Shown here: in pieces, positions 1 to 9,206 of the stretch | How positions within the stretch are numbered: the first letter of the stretch is position 1 | Layout of the letters: each line of letters begins with the position of its first letter | Assembly (NCBI GenBank): GCA_035345715.1 | Contig: DAORCY010000081.1 | Span: forward strand, 1 to 23,534 | DNA from: Pseudomonadota bacterium | Lineage (GTDB): Bacteria; Myxococcota_A; Polyangia; Palsa-1104; JAEUJZ01 | Direction: 5' to 3' | DNA length: 23,534 bases | Made by a program: the position numbers and the translations under genes | Notes under the pieces: generated by a model | What the model was told of the DNA's origin: nothing | Databases searched by the model: none | The model's input: the letters and a program-made list of their open reading frames with translations, nothing else

Positions 1-994
1 CGTCGGTGCATGGTCCGTTTCATGAAAACGGTAGTTCTGCACAAACACGCGGTAGCGTCCCGCTGGGGCTTCACCTTTGCGCCAGCGGACGTTCTCTACA
101 GGCTTTGTGGTTTCGCCGCGAACATTGCGATCGACATCGAGCTCGCCACGACAACGCGACTGTTTATGGGCGTAGTAGATGTGCTCTCCCGATGGCGTGA
201 TCACATGCAGATCCAGATCATTGCGGTTGTCCCAGATCAGACTGGCGCGCACATCGACACCTTCGTACACGCCGCCCGCTGCTTCGACGCGCTTTTTGAT
301 CTCTGCATCAATGTCGCGCCGCCGCTCGGTCATCGACTTTTGCGGATAGATGAAGAACACATGGTACTTCTTTTTGAGCTCTTCAAAAATCGCAGCAGAG
401 TCCAGGTCGGACGACTCATCACGGCCCAGAATCCGACGGACCTGTTCGCGACTCACTTTGGGATAAAATCCCTCATCTCCCAGGAAGAAAAAGAATCCCT
501 TGCGACCTTGACGCAGACATTCCAGCTTCGCATGGCGGGCATAAAAGTACGCCGCCAGCTCGTAGGATTCCTGACCTGTGCCGCCGCCGCCTTCCTCGAT
601 CCAGATTTTCGACAGAACGTCATCCAGCCGATTGTCTGCTTCAAACTGTCCAACCTGGAGCGGTGCCTGATCGGAATTCGCATCCCCAATCGCCGCAAAG
701 CTCACCGCCGGACCCGGAACGTAGTTCCGCATGATGATCTGCCCGATAAACATCGGCAGCTTGTCATAGATGATGCGGGTGTCGTCGCCTCTTGATCGGG
801 TTACGTCCATCGCCACCACGATCGGCGTTTCGTTCATGCACTCGCGGATTTTTCCGTGCGGTTCCAAGATCGGATGCACACCGCGGCGCGCAGCAGACTC
901 CCCTGACGAACCATAGCCGCGATAGGTAAACACATCGCGGTTGGACGATCGCGCTTCGATCGCAATGTCCTCATCATAATTGCCACCACCCATG
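1..994 (-). CDS. von Willebrand factor A (vWA) domain protein, TerY-like; partial (3' end beyond window)
   Basis: Minus-strand frame is open from the ATG at 994-992 to the window edge; it is absent from the ORF track only because no stop lies inside the window. Translation MGGGNYDEDIAIEAR...PIVVAMDVTRSRGDD has the DxTxS MIDAS-type beta1 motif. ...EEGGGGTGQESYELAAYF supplies the MIDAS Thr and ...GFFFFLGDEGF the beta4 Asp, so this is a vWA fold. The C-terminal ~90 aa are beta-rich (IWDNRNDLDLHVITPSGEHIYYAH..GELDVDRNVRG..GRYRVFVQNY), reminiscent of DUF2135/YfaP-like modules, but that is unverified. A strong SD (GAGGGAGG) sits 4-5 nt upstream of the ATG, and the start lies 21 nt after the stop of the upstream kinase-like gene, suggesting an operon. 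Confidence 0.75.
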
Positions 995-1015
995 GGTTCC
1001 TCCCTCTGCTTTCTG

Positions 1016-2230
1016 CTACATCTCAAGCGGCAGGAAGCGATGCGGACCAAATACGTCTGTCCGAAGCTGCGCAAGCTGCTCTGCGGTTTCCCACGCATCT
1101 TGCGCACGCTGCCGCGGACTTTCCATCACCATAAACTGAATGAAACGAGCAAAGCGCCCATCGACGCGCGGAGGCAGCGTTGCTTGGCGAACATCGCCTC
1201 CCAAAAGATAGATCATTGTCTTGCCGAGCGAGTACAGATCCGATGCTGGAAGCGGCGCTTTGCGGGCCAAGACTTCCGGCGGACTGAAGTCAGGATTGTG
1301 CGCGCGGAACCCCTGCCCGGTCTTTTCCGGCGCAACAATGGAGTATGTCCAGTCGATCACAAAGACATTGTGATCGCTTGGCCGAACCAGCACATGCGCA
1401 GGCTCGACGTTGCCGTGAATGATTCCCAGTTTGTGGGCATGACCCAGCGCGGACAGAGCCCGCATCAGCACCCAGGCAACGTGTTCCGGATTGAGTCCGT
1501 CCGGGTAACGCTCGCGCACTTCATCCAGATCGAAACCATCGAGATAGGACAAGATCGATCCGGCCTGACCCGACGGTGTTTGGAACTGATCGAATATCTC
1601 TGGCAGATGCTTGCGCTGCGCGCCTTCCGCACTGTGGATTGTCCGCAAGATCCGCGCTTCATCTAGCAGCAGATCATTGTCCGCGCTCTCCATCGCAATC
1701 TTCACGGTGACTTCCGCACCGCTGCGCAATCCTGAAGTGCAGACGCCGCGATACAGCATCGCGACATCCCCTTGGGTCAGCAATTTGGTCGCGCGATAGC
1801 TTCCGCTCTGCGTCGTGATCGTAAAGTCCACAGCCGAATCCGCTGGCGGATTTGGAACACTGCGGAGACGCGGCGGCGGCGGACGGTATCCCGATTCCGC
1901 AGCGCTGTCTGTTTGGGAATCATCTCTTTGAGAGCCTGCTTCGGCACGGGTCGGTTCCGCAGCAGCACGCTCTTGTTCTAGCTCCTGCACTGCCCGCTGA
2001 TGCCAGTCGTAGATTTTGCTGAGCAGGTGTCGCGCACTGTTTTGGGCCAGGCTGTTTCCGCCAAATCGTTCAGGACGCAGCCTTCGCACCAGCACGACAT
2101 ATTCCTCTTCCAACAGAACCTGTTTTTCGTCGATGTCCACGTCGCGCAGCGCCATCGATGGAAAGACATCTTGGGTTCCGCGAGCCGCCGATAGCAGGCT
2201 TTGAATCTCGGCCAAATCGTCGTGTAGCAC
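1016..2230 (-). CDS. Ser/Thr protein kinase-like protein with degenerate catalytic loop (probable pseudokinase or atypical kinase) and N-terminal unknown domain
   Basis: A 404-aa ORF with a GTG start at 2230 preceded by GAGAGGGGG. The C-terminal half aligns by eye to the Hanks kinase fold. It has a glycine-loop-like LTQGDVAMLYRGV, a VAIK-like VTVKIA, an alphaC Glu (LLLDEARIL), a catalytic-loop position reading GIIHGNVEPAHVLV instead of HRDLKPxN, a DFG position reading IDWTYS, and an APE motif (IVAPE). A Pro-rich linker (RPPPPRLRSVPNPP) separates it from a ~120-aa N-terminal domain that is not FHA-like. Confidence 0.7.
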   Translation of the reverse strand: MLHDDLAEIQSLLSAARGTQDVFPSMALRDVDIDEKQVLLEEEYVVLVRRLRPERFGGNSLAQNSARHLLSKIYDWHQRAVQELEQERAAAEPTRAEAGSQRDDSQTDSAAESGYRPPPPRLRSVPNPPADSAVDFTITTQSGSYRATKLLTQGDVAMLYRGVCTSGLRSGAEVTVKIAMESADNDLLLDEARILRTIHSAEGAQRKHLPEIFDQFQTPSGQAGSILSYLDGFDLDEVRERYPDGLNPEHVAWVLMRALSALGHAHKLGIIHGNVEPAHVLVRPSDHNVFVIDWTYSIVAPEKTGQGFRAHNPDFSPPEVLARKAPLPASDLYSLGKTMIYLLGGDVRQATLPPRVDGRFARFIQFMVMESPRQRAQDAWETAEQLAQLRTDVFGPHRFLPLEM

Positions 2231-2390
2231 AACGCCCCCTCTCGATGTACAGGCAGTCGCCCAAAGCGACCGCCGACTACGAGGATAGGACCCCCGAAAG
2301 CCCTAAGAAAGCGGCTTGCGCAAGTGGACGAAATGCTTGGGTTATTCACGCTGCTGGGCCATCGCGAAAAAGACCGAGTACCGTATTGCG

Positions 2391-3485
2391 ATGCACATTG
2401 TGCGCATTCAGCGTGGGCCCCAGCCCCAGGTGTCCCTTCTGCAAGAACATCGCTACGAAAAGGAAAAAGACCTGGAGCGCGATCTGGCATCGTCCCCGCT
2501 CTTGATTCAGCAAGTGATGGGAACGCCGATCCACCTGCTCGCGTCTTCCTTCCGCTTGCCTGGTGATGAACGGGTCGCCGGTCTGTATATCGACAGCGAC
2601 GGAAGATTGCTTATCTGTGAAGCCCGGCTTGCACGCAACCTGGGATCTGCACGCGAAGTGCTCGGACAGCTTCTCGATCATGTCTCTGCACTGTCTCAAT
2701 ACCGAATCGAAAACCTCAGTGCCGCACTGTCCGGAAAACTAGAAGAAGTGCTGCGCACGATAAGCCGCGGCGACATCGATCGCTACACCGCACTGTGGCA
2801 ACAGGTCAGCGATCACCTCACGGCAGGACGGGTCGGAATGGCGCTGGTGCTTGATCGCGCGCCGGCCCATCTGCAGCGAATCTGTCGTTATCTGTGCCAA
2901 AACGTCAGGATTCAGTTTGTGCTGCTCACACTCAAACGATTCCGGGCAAGCGATGACAGCGACATCATTGTTCCGACGCTGATTGCGCAAGCAGCGCAGC
3001 AACAAGCGCAGGCCAACCTGCTGGAACTGGCGGTTCAGTACGCCCACCAAGGACCGGCTGCGATACAGATCGAACACATCAAACACCGCGGCAATTCCTT
3101 GGCGATCCACCCACGCGGCTGGCCGACTGCGGTCCGATATGAATTCCTGATCCATCCAGAGCAAGACTGTCGCATCGGCATCGAGCTTCGCATCGACGAT
3201 CGCGACATGCCGCAAGCGCGCGATCTCATCCGGGTGTTGGGATCGTCGGATATTTTGGAAGTGTTAAAGATTCACTTTGACAGCGCGCGGATCATCTGGG
3301 AAGCGGCGCAGAGCCCAGTCGGACTTGCCATCTTGTTTGATGCAGCAAGCGAGCCCGAAGCGCTGTCTTCCGCGATGTCGGTGTTGATGGAACTGACCTA
3401 CGCCCGAGTGACCGAGCGACTGCGGCACCTAGTCCGCCCGCCCGAATCACAACCAAAGCCGGCCAGTGGAAAAGAGGAATCCTAA
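2391..3485 (+). CDS. hypothetical protein (conserved-looking, function unknown)
   Basis: The long ORF 2316..3485 starts with TTG at 2316; the first ATG is at 2391 (MHIVRIQ...), and the true start is uncertain. Codon usage (ctg/cgc/gaa/gag-rich, GC3 bias) resembles the neighbouring real genes. It is divergent from the kinase operon and convergent with the protease gene, with a hairpin between them. A weak PD-(D/E)xK-like motif is present (GLYIDSDGRLLICEARL), but no confident domain assignment. Confidence 0.5.
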   Translation: MHIVRIQRGPQPQVSLLQEHRYEKEKDLERDLASSPLLIQQVMGTPIHLLASSFRLPGDERVAGLYIDSDGRLLICEARLARNLGSAREVLGQLLDHVSALSQYRIENLSAALSGKLEEVLRTISRGDIDRYTALWQQVSDHLTAGRVGMALVLDRAPAHLQRICRYLCQNVRIQFVLLTLKRFRASDDSDIIVPTLIAQAAQQQAQANLLELAVQYAHQGPAAIQIEHIKHRGNSLAIHPRGWPTAVRYEFLIHPEQDCRIGIELRIDDRDMPQARDLIRVLGSSDILEVLKIHFDSARIIWEAAQSPVGLAILFDAASEPEALSSAMSVLMELTYARVTERLRHLVRPPESQPKPASGKEES

Positions 3486-3496
3486 CCACGGAAGGG

Positions 3497-3523
3497 GGAT
3501 CTCCTTTTGAACAAAAGGAGTCC
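3497..3523. terminator. stem-loop between convergent genes (possible bidirectional terminator)
   Basis: ggaTCTCCTTTTgaacAAAAGGAGtcc forms an 8-9 bp perfect inverted repeat with a 4-nt loop. It sits exactly between the stop of the + gene (3485) and the stop of the - protease gene (3536). The T/A tracts lie inside the stem rather than flanking it, so this is not a textbook intrinsic terminator. Confidence 0.3.
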
Positions 3524-3535
3524 TTACACGCTCGC

Positions 3536-4465
3536 TCACTTCGGTTTTTGCAGCGTGCAGCCGGCGCGGTTTAGATCGATGTTGTTGCTTGCATCAAGAC
3601 ACGCATACACCTGGTAAAGCTGCTGTCCGTAGGCAGCGCCTTTCGTCGCTGTGATCTTGCCGCTGGCATCCACTTCGCATGGATTGTTGAGCGTGCAAGT
3701 TGCGCCGCTTTCGTTGCCGGTGTTGTTGATTCCGATCACGGCGCGCGTCTCTGCATCAATGATCGGGGAACCGGATGTACCACCGATCGTTTCGCAGCCC
3801 GGCTGCTTGAAACGGATCGAGTCACGGAACGTCCAGGTGCCTTCGCGCAGCTCTGGAACAAACGCATCAATCGAGCAGGAATAGATCCGGCGCCAATATC
3901 CGGAGACAATCCGGATCGGGGTTCCTTCTCCCGGACGGCGGGACGAAATCGTCAGCGCGGTCACGCGATAACGAGACGAAAGCTGGGCATACGTCTGCGT
4001 CAGCTTGTAGATCGCGAAGTCCGATCCAGTCATCGTCGCATACATCATCCGCTGTGCCCGCAGCGTGGCCAACGATCGCGCACTGGCATCCAGCAGCGTG
4101 AACGTCCGGCTCGACGCTTGATCCACCACCGCATCACCGGCAGGAACAAAGCCGCTCAAGCAGTGACCATTGGTGAGCACCAGCGCATAGTCATCGGGCT
4201 TCGACGTACTAAAACGGACCAGCGATCCCGAACAGTTGGAAAGCGCCACAATCGACGCGAAGTCCACCGCGGCTGCATCGATCTCATCCCAGGTTGGCAG
4301 CTTGGATTCTGCTTCGGCGGCTTCCTGCGGATTCCCAACCGGCAGTGCTTGCGCCTGGTTTTGCGCCAAAAGCTGAAACGAAGCGATCAGCGCGGCACCA
4401 GCCCAGCGACGTGAAAACAGGGATGAACTACGCGACGAAGTTGCCTTTGTTTGTGGACTACGCAT
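3536..4465 (-). CDS. secreted trypsin-like (S1 family) serine protease
   Basis: The ORF is 3536..4510. The ATG at 4465 is preferred because of a strong SD (AAGGAGGAGAGAGG) immediately upstream and a signal peptide (MRSPQTKATSSRSSSLFSRRWAGAALIASFQLLAQNQAQA). The catalytic triad motifs are TNGHC (His), DFAIYKL (Asp) and GGTSGSPII (the GDSGGP-type Ser). Several Cys are consistent with disulfides. Confidence 0.75.
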   Translation of the reverse strand: MRSPQTKATSSRSSSLFSRRWAGAALIASFQLLAQNQAQALPVGNPQEAAEAESKLPTWDEIDAAAVDFASIVALSNCSGSLVRFSTSKPDDYALVLTNGHCLSGFVPAGDAVVDQASSRTFTLLDASARSLATLRAQRMMYATMTGSDFAIYKLTQTYAQLSSRYRVTALTISSRRPGEGTPIRIVSGYWRRIYSCSIDAFVPELREGTWTFRDSIRFKQPGCETIGGTSGSPIIDAETRAVIGINNTGNESGATCTLNNPCEVDASGKITATKGAAYGQQLYQVYACLDASNNIDLNRAGCTLQKPK

Positions 4466-4596
4466 CCTCTCTCCTCCTTGCTGTTTGTGAAATTCGCAAG
4501 CGCCAAACACTCATCGCTTAGGAATGTGCAAGCAGACAAGATGGGAGTTTTCTTCCCGATTCGCAGGATGGCTGGGGACTTCACCCCCATGCACAT

Positions 4597-6717
4597 CTAC
4601 AGCTCCCCACGGACTCCCAACGAAGGCAGAATCGGTAGTCCCGTGATCGCGGCGCGCTGGGAGTAATCATAGGAATAGACAAGCTGCTCCTGCGCCGGAC
4701 TATTGTACACATTTGACACGTCAAGATACAGCTTGAACACCATTTTTTTCGTCACAAACGTCCGATCAATTCGCAAATCAAGCTGATGAAACGGAGCCAG
4801 TCTGTCTGTATTCCGTTCCGACGCTGGAATCGGCTGATACAGATCGGTGTCGCTGTCGAAAAAACCGCCGCGCACCGGAGTCTGGGGAATTCCACTTATG
4901 TACCGGAAACGCAGACCGATCTCGAACTTGTAGGGCAGGTATGCGTGCGCAGCGACAATCAGGATGTGGGTCTGATCAAAGTCAAACAAGCGATAGGAAC
5001 ACGACGGACAATCGGCTCTCTCACTTCGCAAGAGCGAATAGCTTACCCAACCAAAAAAGTACTTCGACAGGCTCTGCCGCAAGAGCAGCGTGCCACCGAA
5101 AATCCGTCCATGAACCTGCGAAGCAGTCCGTTCAGGCTGCAGCTCGAGCGGATTTTCCCCACCACCAAAACGCCGCGACAGCGTCGATGTTCCGGCAAAA
5201 TCCCACAGGTATTTGTAAAGCCCGGTAAGCTCCAGAACCAGTCCTTTCCAGATCGCTTGTTCGACCGCCAAAGACAGATGCACCGCGCGTTCAAGCCGCA
5301 GCTCCCGATTCCCAAACGATGAAAAGTAGTCCTGCACTGCGGGGTCTTGGGAATACAGTCCGGCGCCCCACTTCAGCTGTGTGATCGGTGTCAGCACCAC
5401 TTTTCCGGAAAGCCGCGGATCGATCGAATAGCGACGCAGATAACCAAAATAATCAAAGCGCACGCCAGACACGACAGAGACCCGCGGGTGAAGCTGCGCC
5501 GATAGCTCGGCATAGAGCGCGGGATTCACAAAGTATGCTTCAGCCTGCGCAACGACTTGGGACAGAGATCCGGGCGGTTTCTGAAACTCGCCTTCGCGCA
5601 CAGGCGATGGCACCGCCGCAGACAGCCAGACATAGGAAGTCTGCACATCGGTTCCGAAAAACAGGCGATATTGTGGAGTGATTTGACGGCTGGCTTCGAC
5701 GCGAAAGTCGTTCCCCAACGTCTTTACCGACATCGAAACCGTGCGCCCCAGATCAAGGTCTGTCTGGGTGTATCCGCTGGTGCTTTGGAACAGTACGTCC
5801 CAGCCGGAAAACTGTCTTTGATAGCGCAGTTGCAAGCGGTGAAACAGAATGTGGGTTGCAAAATTCCCGTTCACCGAGGGATCGACATCCTGCGGACGCG
5901 CAAACTTGAGCGAGATTTGATCGTCCGCACCGAGCACCATCACCCGCAGCGTCCCGCCAGCGAGCGCGTACTTTAAGACCGCTTGGTAGTCCCAATAGAC
6001 CGGCGCATTCACAAAGCGCAGCCCCGGCGGATCACCCAGCACAGCCCCGACAAACGCCAACCCCGCATCCACATAGCTGCGCCGCAGCCCGAGCAAAATC
6101 GATCCGCTCGGCTGCTGCGTCTGCGCGTTCCTTGGTGGCAGCGGACCTTCGACTTCGACCCCAATGTGGATCGGATTTACATCGAGCGCAGCATGCCAGC
6201 GATCGGTTTTCCCGGCTCGCAGATCGACGTCAATGGTGCCCGCGGTCGCCCGTCCGTAACGCACGCCGAAGTTGTGGGGAAGATACGTCACGGACGATAA
6301 AAAATCCGCCGGCACCACCGATGTAAAGCCGCCATAGTGGTAGAGCTGCGGCACCTCGGCGGTCGCCAAATAGACGCGAGAATCCGACGGACGCGCGCCT
6401 TCGATAATGAAAAGTCCGGTGTTCAGCGGTGGCCGCGCCGCCCCCGGCAAGTTCTCGATGGCACGCAGCGGATCGCCGAGCGTTCCGGGCATCTTGCGCA
6501 GCTCTTCGGTGTGGAGCGTCTGCTTGCTGACTTCCGCACGCAGCGCCGGATCTTCGGCCCGCACGACCACGTCAAAGGACGACTCCGCATGGGCCATCGG
6601 CAAAGCACAGCACAGCCAGGCGCAGATGCCAGCGACGCTGCATTGGGGCGGAATCACAAGCGACGCCGCCCGACGCCACGTCCAAGGAAACGGCGAACAA
6701 GGGCTCATGACCCACAC
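4597..6717 (-). CDS. TonB-dependent receptor-like outer membrane protein (plug + beta-barrel)
   Basis: A 706-aa ORF starting with GTG at 6717, or ATG at 6708. The long signal peptide ends AHA-ESS. The N-terminal plug-domain signature is EELRKMPGTLGDPLRAIENLPGAA ... IIEGARPSDSRVYLAT ... VTYLPHNFGVRYGRATAGTIDVDLRAG, which matches the TBDT plug consensus by eye. The remainder is Gly/Tyr-rich with alternating hydrophobics typical of a 22-strand barrel. The C-terminus (..LGVRGEL) lacks the usual terminal aromatic residue. Confidence 0.65.
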   Translation of the reverse strand: MWVMSPCSPFPWTWRRAASLVIPPQCSVAGICAWLCCALPMAHAESSFDVVVRAEDPALRAEVSKQTLHTEELRKMPGTLGDPLRAIENLPGAARPPLNTGLFIIEGARPSDSRVYLATAEVPQLYHYGGFTSVVPADFLSSVTYLPHNFGVRYGRATAGTIDVDLRAGKTDRWHAALDVNPIHIGVEVEGPLPPRNAQTQQPSGSILLGLRRSYVDAGLAFVGAVLGDPPGLRFVNAPVYWDYQAVLKYALAGGTLRVMVLGADDQISLKFARPQDVDPSVNGNFATHILFHRLQLRYQRQFSGWDVLFQSTSGYTQTDLDLGRTVSMSVKTLGNDFRVEASRQITPQYRLFFGTDVQTSYVWLSAAVPSPVREGEFQKPPGSLSQVVAQAEAYFVNPALYAELSAQLHPRVSVVSGVRFDYFGYLRRYSIDPRLSGKVVLTPITQLKWGAGLYSQDPAVQDYFSSFGNRELRLERAVHLSLAVEQAIWKGLVLELTGLYKYLWDFAGTSTLSRRFGGGENPLELQPERTASQVHGRIFGGTLLLRQSLSKYFFGWVSYSLLRSERADCPSCSYRLFDFDQTHILIVAAHAYLPYKFEIGLRFRYISGIPQTPVRGGFFDSDTDLYQPIPASERNTDRLAPFHQLDLRIDRTFVTKKMVFKLYLDVSNVYNSPAQEQLVYSYDYSQRAAITGLPILPSLGVRGEL

Positions 6718-7314
6718 AGCCTACCACTCGGATGCGGCGGCGGGTCTGCAGCGAATCGGCGCGCTGGCCGGAACGCGGTCCTAGCGGCGGGCCTTTTTCT
6801 TGGGTCGCGGCGGCGGACTGGGCTGCGCCCCCGGATATCCCACGAGCCACGTCGGACATGTCAGCACAGGAGTCATACCCCCCAGAACGCAGAACGGGGC
6901 GCGAAGTTTTTTCCGATTTTGACTTGTTTTTTGTTTGGCATGTTACATGCAACTAACAAAGGGTATTGCGCACCGGAACCACCCGACCGATAAACATGTG
7001 TCCGGCCTTGTCAGATCCAAGCTCGCTTCAAGCGATTGCTTTGTCGAATGGGTTGAAAGGATCGCGCAGCGGCCCGGCCTAGACACACGGGGTTTTAGCT
7101 GAACCGATCGGATGGGATCAGCGGATTGAGCAGCCCGATGCAACAAAAAAATTTTGTGTTTTGGAACGCAAAACTCGCAAGTATGCTAAAGATCGGTTAA
7201 AAACAAACGAGCGCCCGTGCCAGCAGGAGCCGGGAGCCACTCAGGGGGGACGTTTCTTTGCAGCGGGCGCTTCGCGCGCCGTCCCGCCTGAATACAGAAC
7301 ACAGGGAGGAATCA

Positions 7315-8970
7315 ATGAGCCGTCCACTTCTCACGCGCACGCTGTCCGGGGCCATGCTTGCCCTGTCGCTCGGCGCGTGCACCGCGCCACAGGTTGGCAG
7401 CCCTTGTCCGATTCCGACGAACGCCGACAGTGCGACGCGGCTCGCGGCGGTCCAAAAGTGCTTTGGTCTCATCGCCCAGGACCACAATGACTACAGCCTG
7501 AAAAAAGATGTCGACATCCTGTTTATGATCGACAACTCGCCGTCGATGTCGCCCAAGCAGAAGGCGCTTGCCGACAACATCCCGAAGTTCATTCAGTCGA
7601 TCGAGTCGTTCGGCGTAAACTACCACGTCGGCATCATCACGTCTGACGTCGGCACGACGGTATCAGACGGCGCGACGTGGGGCGGCGGCTCCGAACCAGC
7701 CTGCGATACGTTTAGCGGCGACGATGGACGGCTCCAGGACATCACCTGCGACAAGCGCAACACCGTATCGCCCGACGCTCGCAGCGCTTGCGCGACGCTG
7801 TGTCCCGACAACCGTTTCCGGCCCACCGACGGCAGCAAGTTCATCTCGAAGATCGACGGCAAGACCAACGTGCCGCAGGACGTTCGTCCTGATCCGATGA
7901 CCGGCGCAATGGTCGACTACGGCCCGTCGAATGCATTTAAGTGCATGGCGCTCGTCGGCGATGCTGGCTGCGGTGTCGAAGGCCCGCTCGAAGCGGTCAA
8001 GCGCGCGCTCACCACCAATTCGACGACGGCGAATGCAAACTTCCTGCGCAGTGGATCGCTGCTCGCTGTGATTTTCATTACCGACGAAGACGACTGCTCG
8101 GTCAAGGCGTCTCGTCGCAGCGAGCTAAACCCCAACTACCGCAACTGCACCCCAGGCCAGCCCGACAGCTACGACTGTTACAAAGTCGATCAGCGCTGTC
8201 TTTTGCGCTCGCTTCAGTGCAACGAACCGATGAGCACGCCGGGTGGCAAGACCGGCTGCGTCGAGCGCCCGGACAACTTCCTGGAGCCGGTGAAGACCTA
8301 CTTTGACGCGCTGCGCCAGATTCGCCCCGACGATGACAAGCTGCTGATCAGCGGCATTTGGACCCAGCCAAACATCGACTCCGCCAAGGGTGGCACGGTC
8401 GGCATTGTCGGTGGTCCGCTGACGTCGGATCTCAAGCGCGACCCAGCCTGCAAAAATGCCACGGACACGACCATCGTCGGTCAGCCGCAGTTCCGCCTGT
8501 CGCAGCTTGCGACGATGTACGGTGTAGGCAAAGACGGAAGTGCCAACGCGCCGCAGCTCAACGTCTGCAACACTGCGGACTATCCGACGGCGCTCGACAA
8601 GATTGCCAAGGCGATTCAGATCAAGCTCAATCCGTGTCTACCCGTCAATGTGAAGACGATCAATGGCACAGCGATCTGCTTGGTCGGCGATGTCGACGCG
8701 AGCACGCCTGACGCAGTGCCCACGACGTACTTCCCGCAGTGCTCGAACACCTGCTGCGATGCCTGGGCCAGCAGTTCGACGCCGTCTCTCGCGGACAAGA
8801 CGATCCAAGCGGCCTGCGCTGCCGAGACCACCGACGCCTGCTTCTGCGCGGTCAAGCCCAAAGATCCGACGGTCTGCAAAGACGGCGGCACCGTGACCGC
8901 CGTGTGGCGCAAGGGCGGCGTTAACACTCCGCTCGGCAAGACCGTGAACTTCCGCTGCGCCGGCTTCTAG
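7315..8970 (+). CDS. secreted Cys-rich vWA-domain lipoprotein (paralog 1)
   Basis: The ATG at 7315 is preceded by AGGGAGGA with a 6-nt spacer. The signal peptide with lipobox is MSRPLLTRTLSGAMLALSLGAC. The vWA beta1/MIDAS motif is KDVDILFMIDNSPSMSPKQKAL (DxSxS), followed by VGIITSDVG and the beta4 motif LLAVIFITDEDDCS. Many Cys (more than 30) are spread through large insertions, consistent with an extracytoplasmic disulfide-rich protein. It ends ..VNFRCAGF. Confidence 0.75.
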   Translation: MSRPLLTRTLSGAMLALSLGACTAPQVGSPCPIPTNADSATRLAAVQKCFGLIAQDHNDYSLKKDVDILFMIDNSPSMSPKQKALADNIPKFIQSIESFGVNYHVGIITSDVGTTVSDGATWGGGSEPACDTFSGDDGRLQDITCDKRNTVSPDARSACATLCPDNRFRPTDGSKFISKIDGKTNVPQDVRPDPMTGAMVDYGPSNAFKCMALVGDAGCGVEGPLEAVKRALTTNSTTANANFLRSGSLLAVIFITDEDDCSVKASRRSELNPNYRNCTPGQPDSYDCYKVDQRCLLRSLQCNEPMSTPGGKTGCVERPDNFLEPVKTYFDALRQIRPDDDKLLISGIWTQPNIDSAKGGTVGIVGGPLTSDLKRDPACKNATDTTIVGQPQFRLSQLATMYGVGKDGSANAPQLNVCNTADYPTALDKIAKAIQIKLNPCLPVNVKTINGTAICLVGDVDASTPDAVPTTYFPQCSNTCCDAWASSSTPSLADKTIQAACAAETTDACFCAVKPKDPTVCKDGGTVTAVWRKGGVNTPLGKTVNFRCAGF

Positions 8971-9206
8971 TCCCCATGGGCAGCCGCTAACGACTGCCCC
9001 ACCCGCCTGATCTCCCCGTCGTCACGCTACAAATTCCGCAAAAACGCAGTCCTTCCGTAAGGTTTTCTTGCGTCCGTGGCCTAACCCACCAAGTAGTCCA
9101 TTGGCGGTGACTGTCGCTTGCTCTCCCCCGTTCGATCAGGTACGGTGCCGCCGAACGCCAACGACTTACACGGTTTGCGACCCCGAAATTCGCACGGAGG
9201 CTTGTG

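Noticed and set aside
10-795. 261-aa + strand ORF at the window start
   Set aside because: It lies antisense to the much better-supported minus-strand vWA gene (1-994), which has a strong SD and vWA motifs. Its translation is Arg/Leu-rich with no motifs, typical of a GC-rich shadow ORF.
5388-6993. Several + strand ORFs (97-218 aa, Arg-rich) across the TonB-receptor gene and its upstream region
   Set aside because: They overlap the minus-strand receptor CDS, which has a plug-domain signature. Their translations are Arg/Pro/Gly-rich GC-shadow products.
7170-7200. Possible sigma54-type promoter (TGGAAC...TCGCA) in the AT-rich block upstream of lipoprotein paralog 1
   Set aside because: The GG-to-GC spacing is 12 nt rather than the required 10, and the -12 element is not TTGCA.
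9040-9075. Nested short hairpin (ACGCAgtCCTTccgtAAGGttttctTGCGT) after paralog 1 as a terminator
   Set aside because: The stems are only 4-5 bp, which is weak. It could attenuate transcription, but that is insufficient for a feature call.
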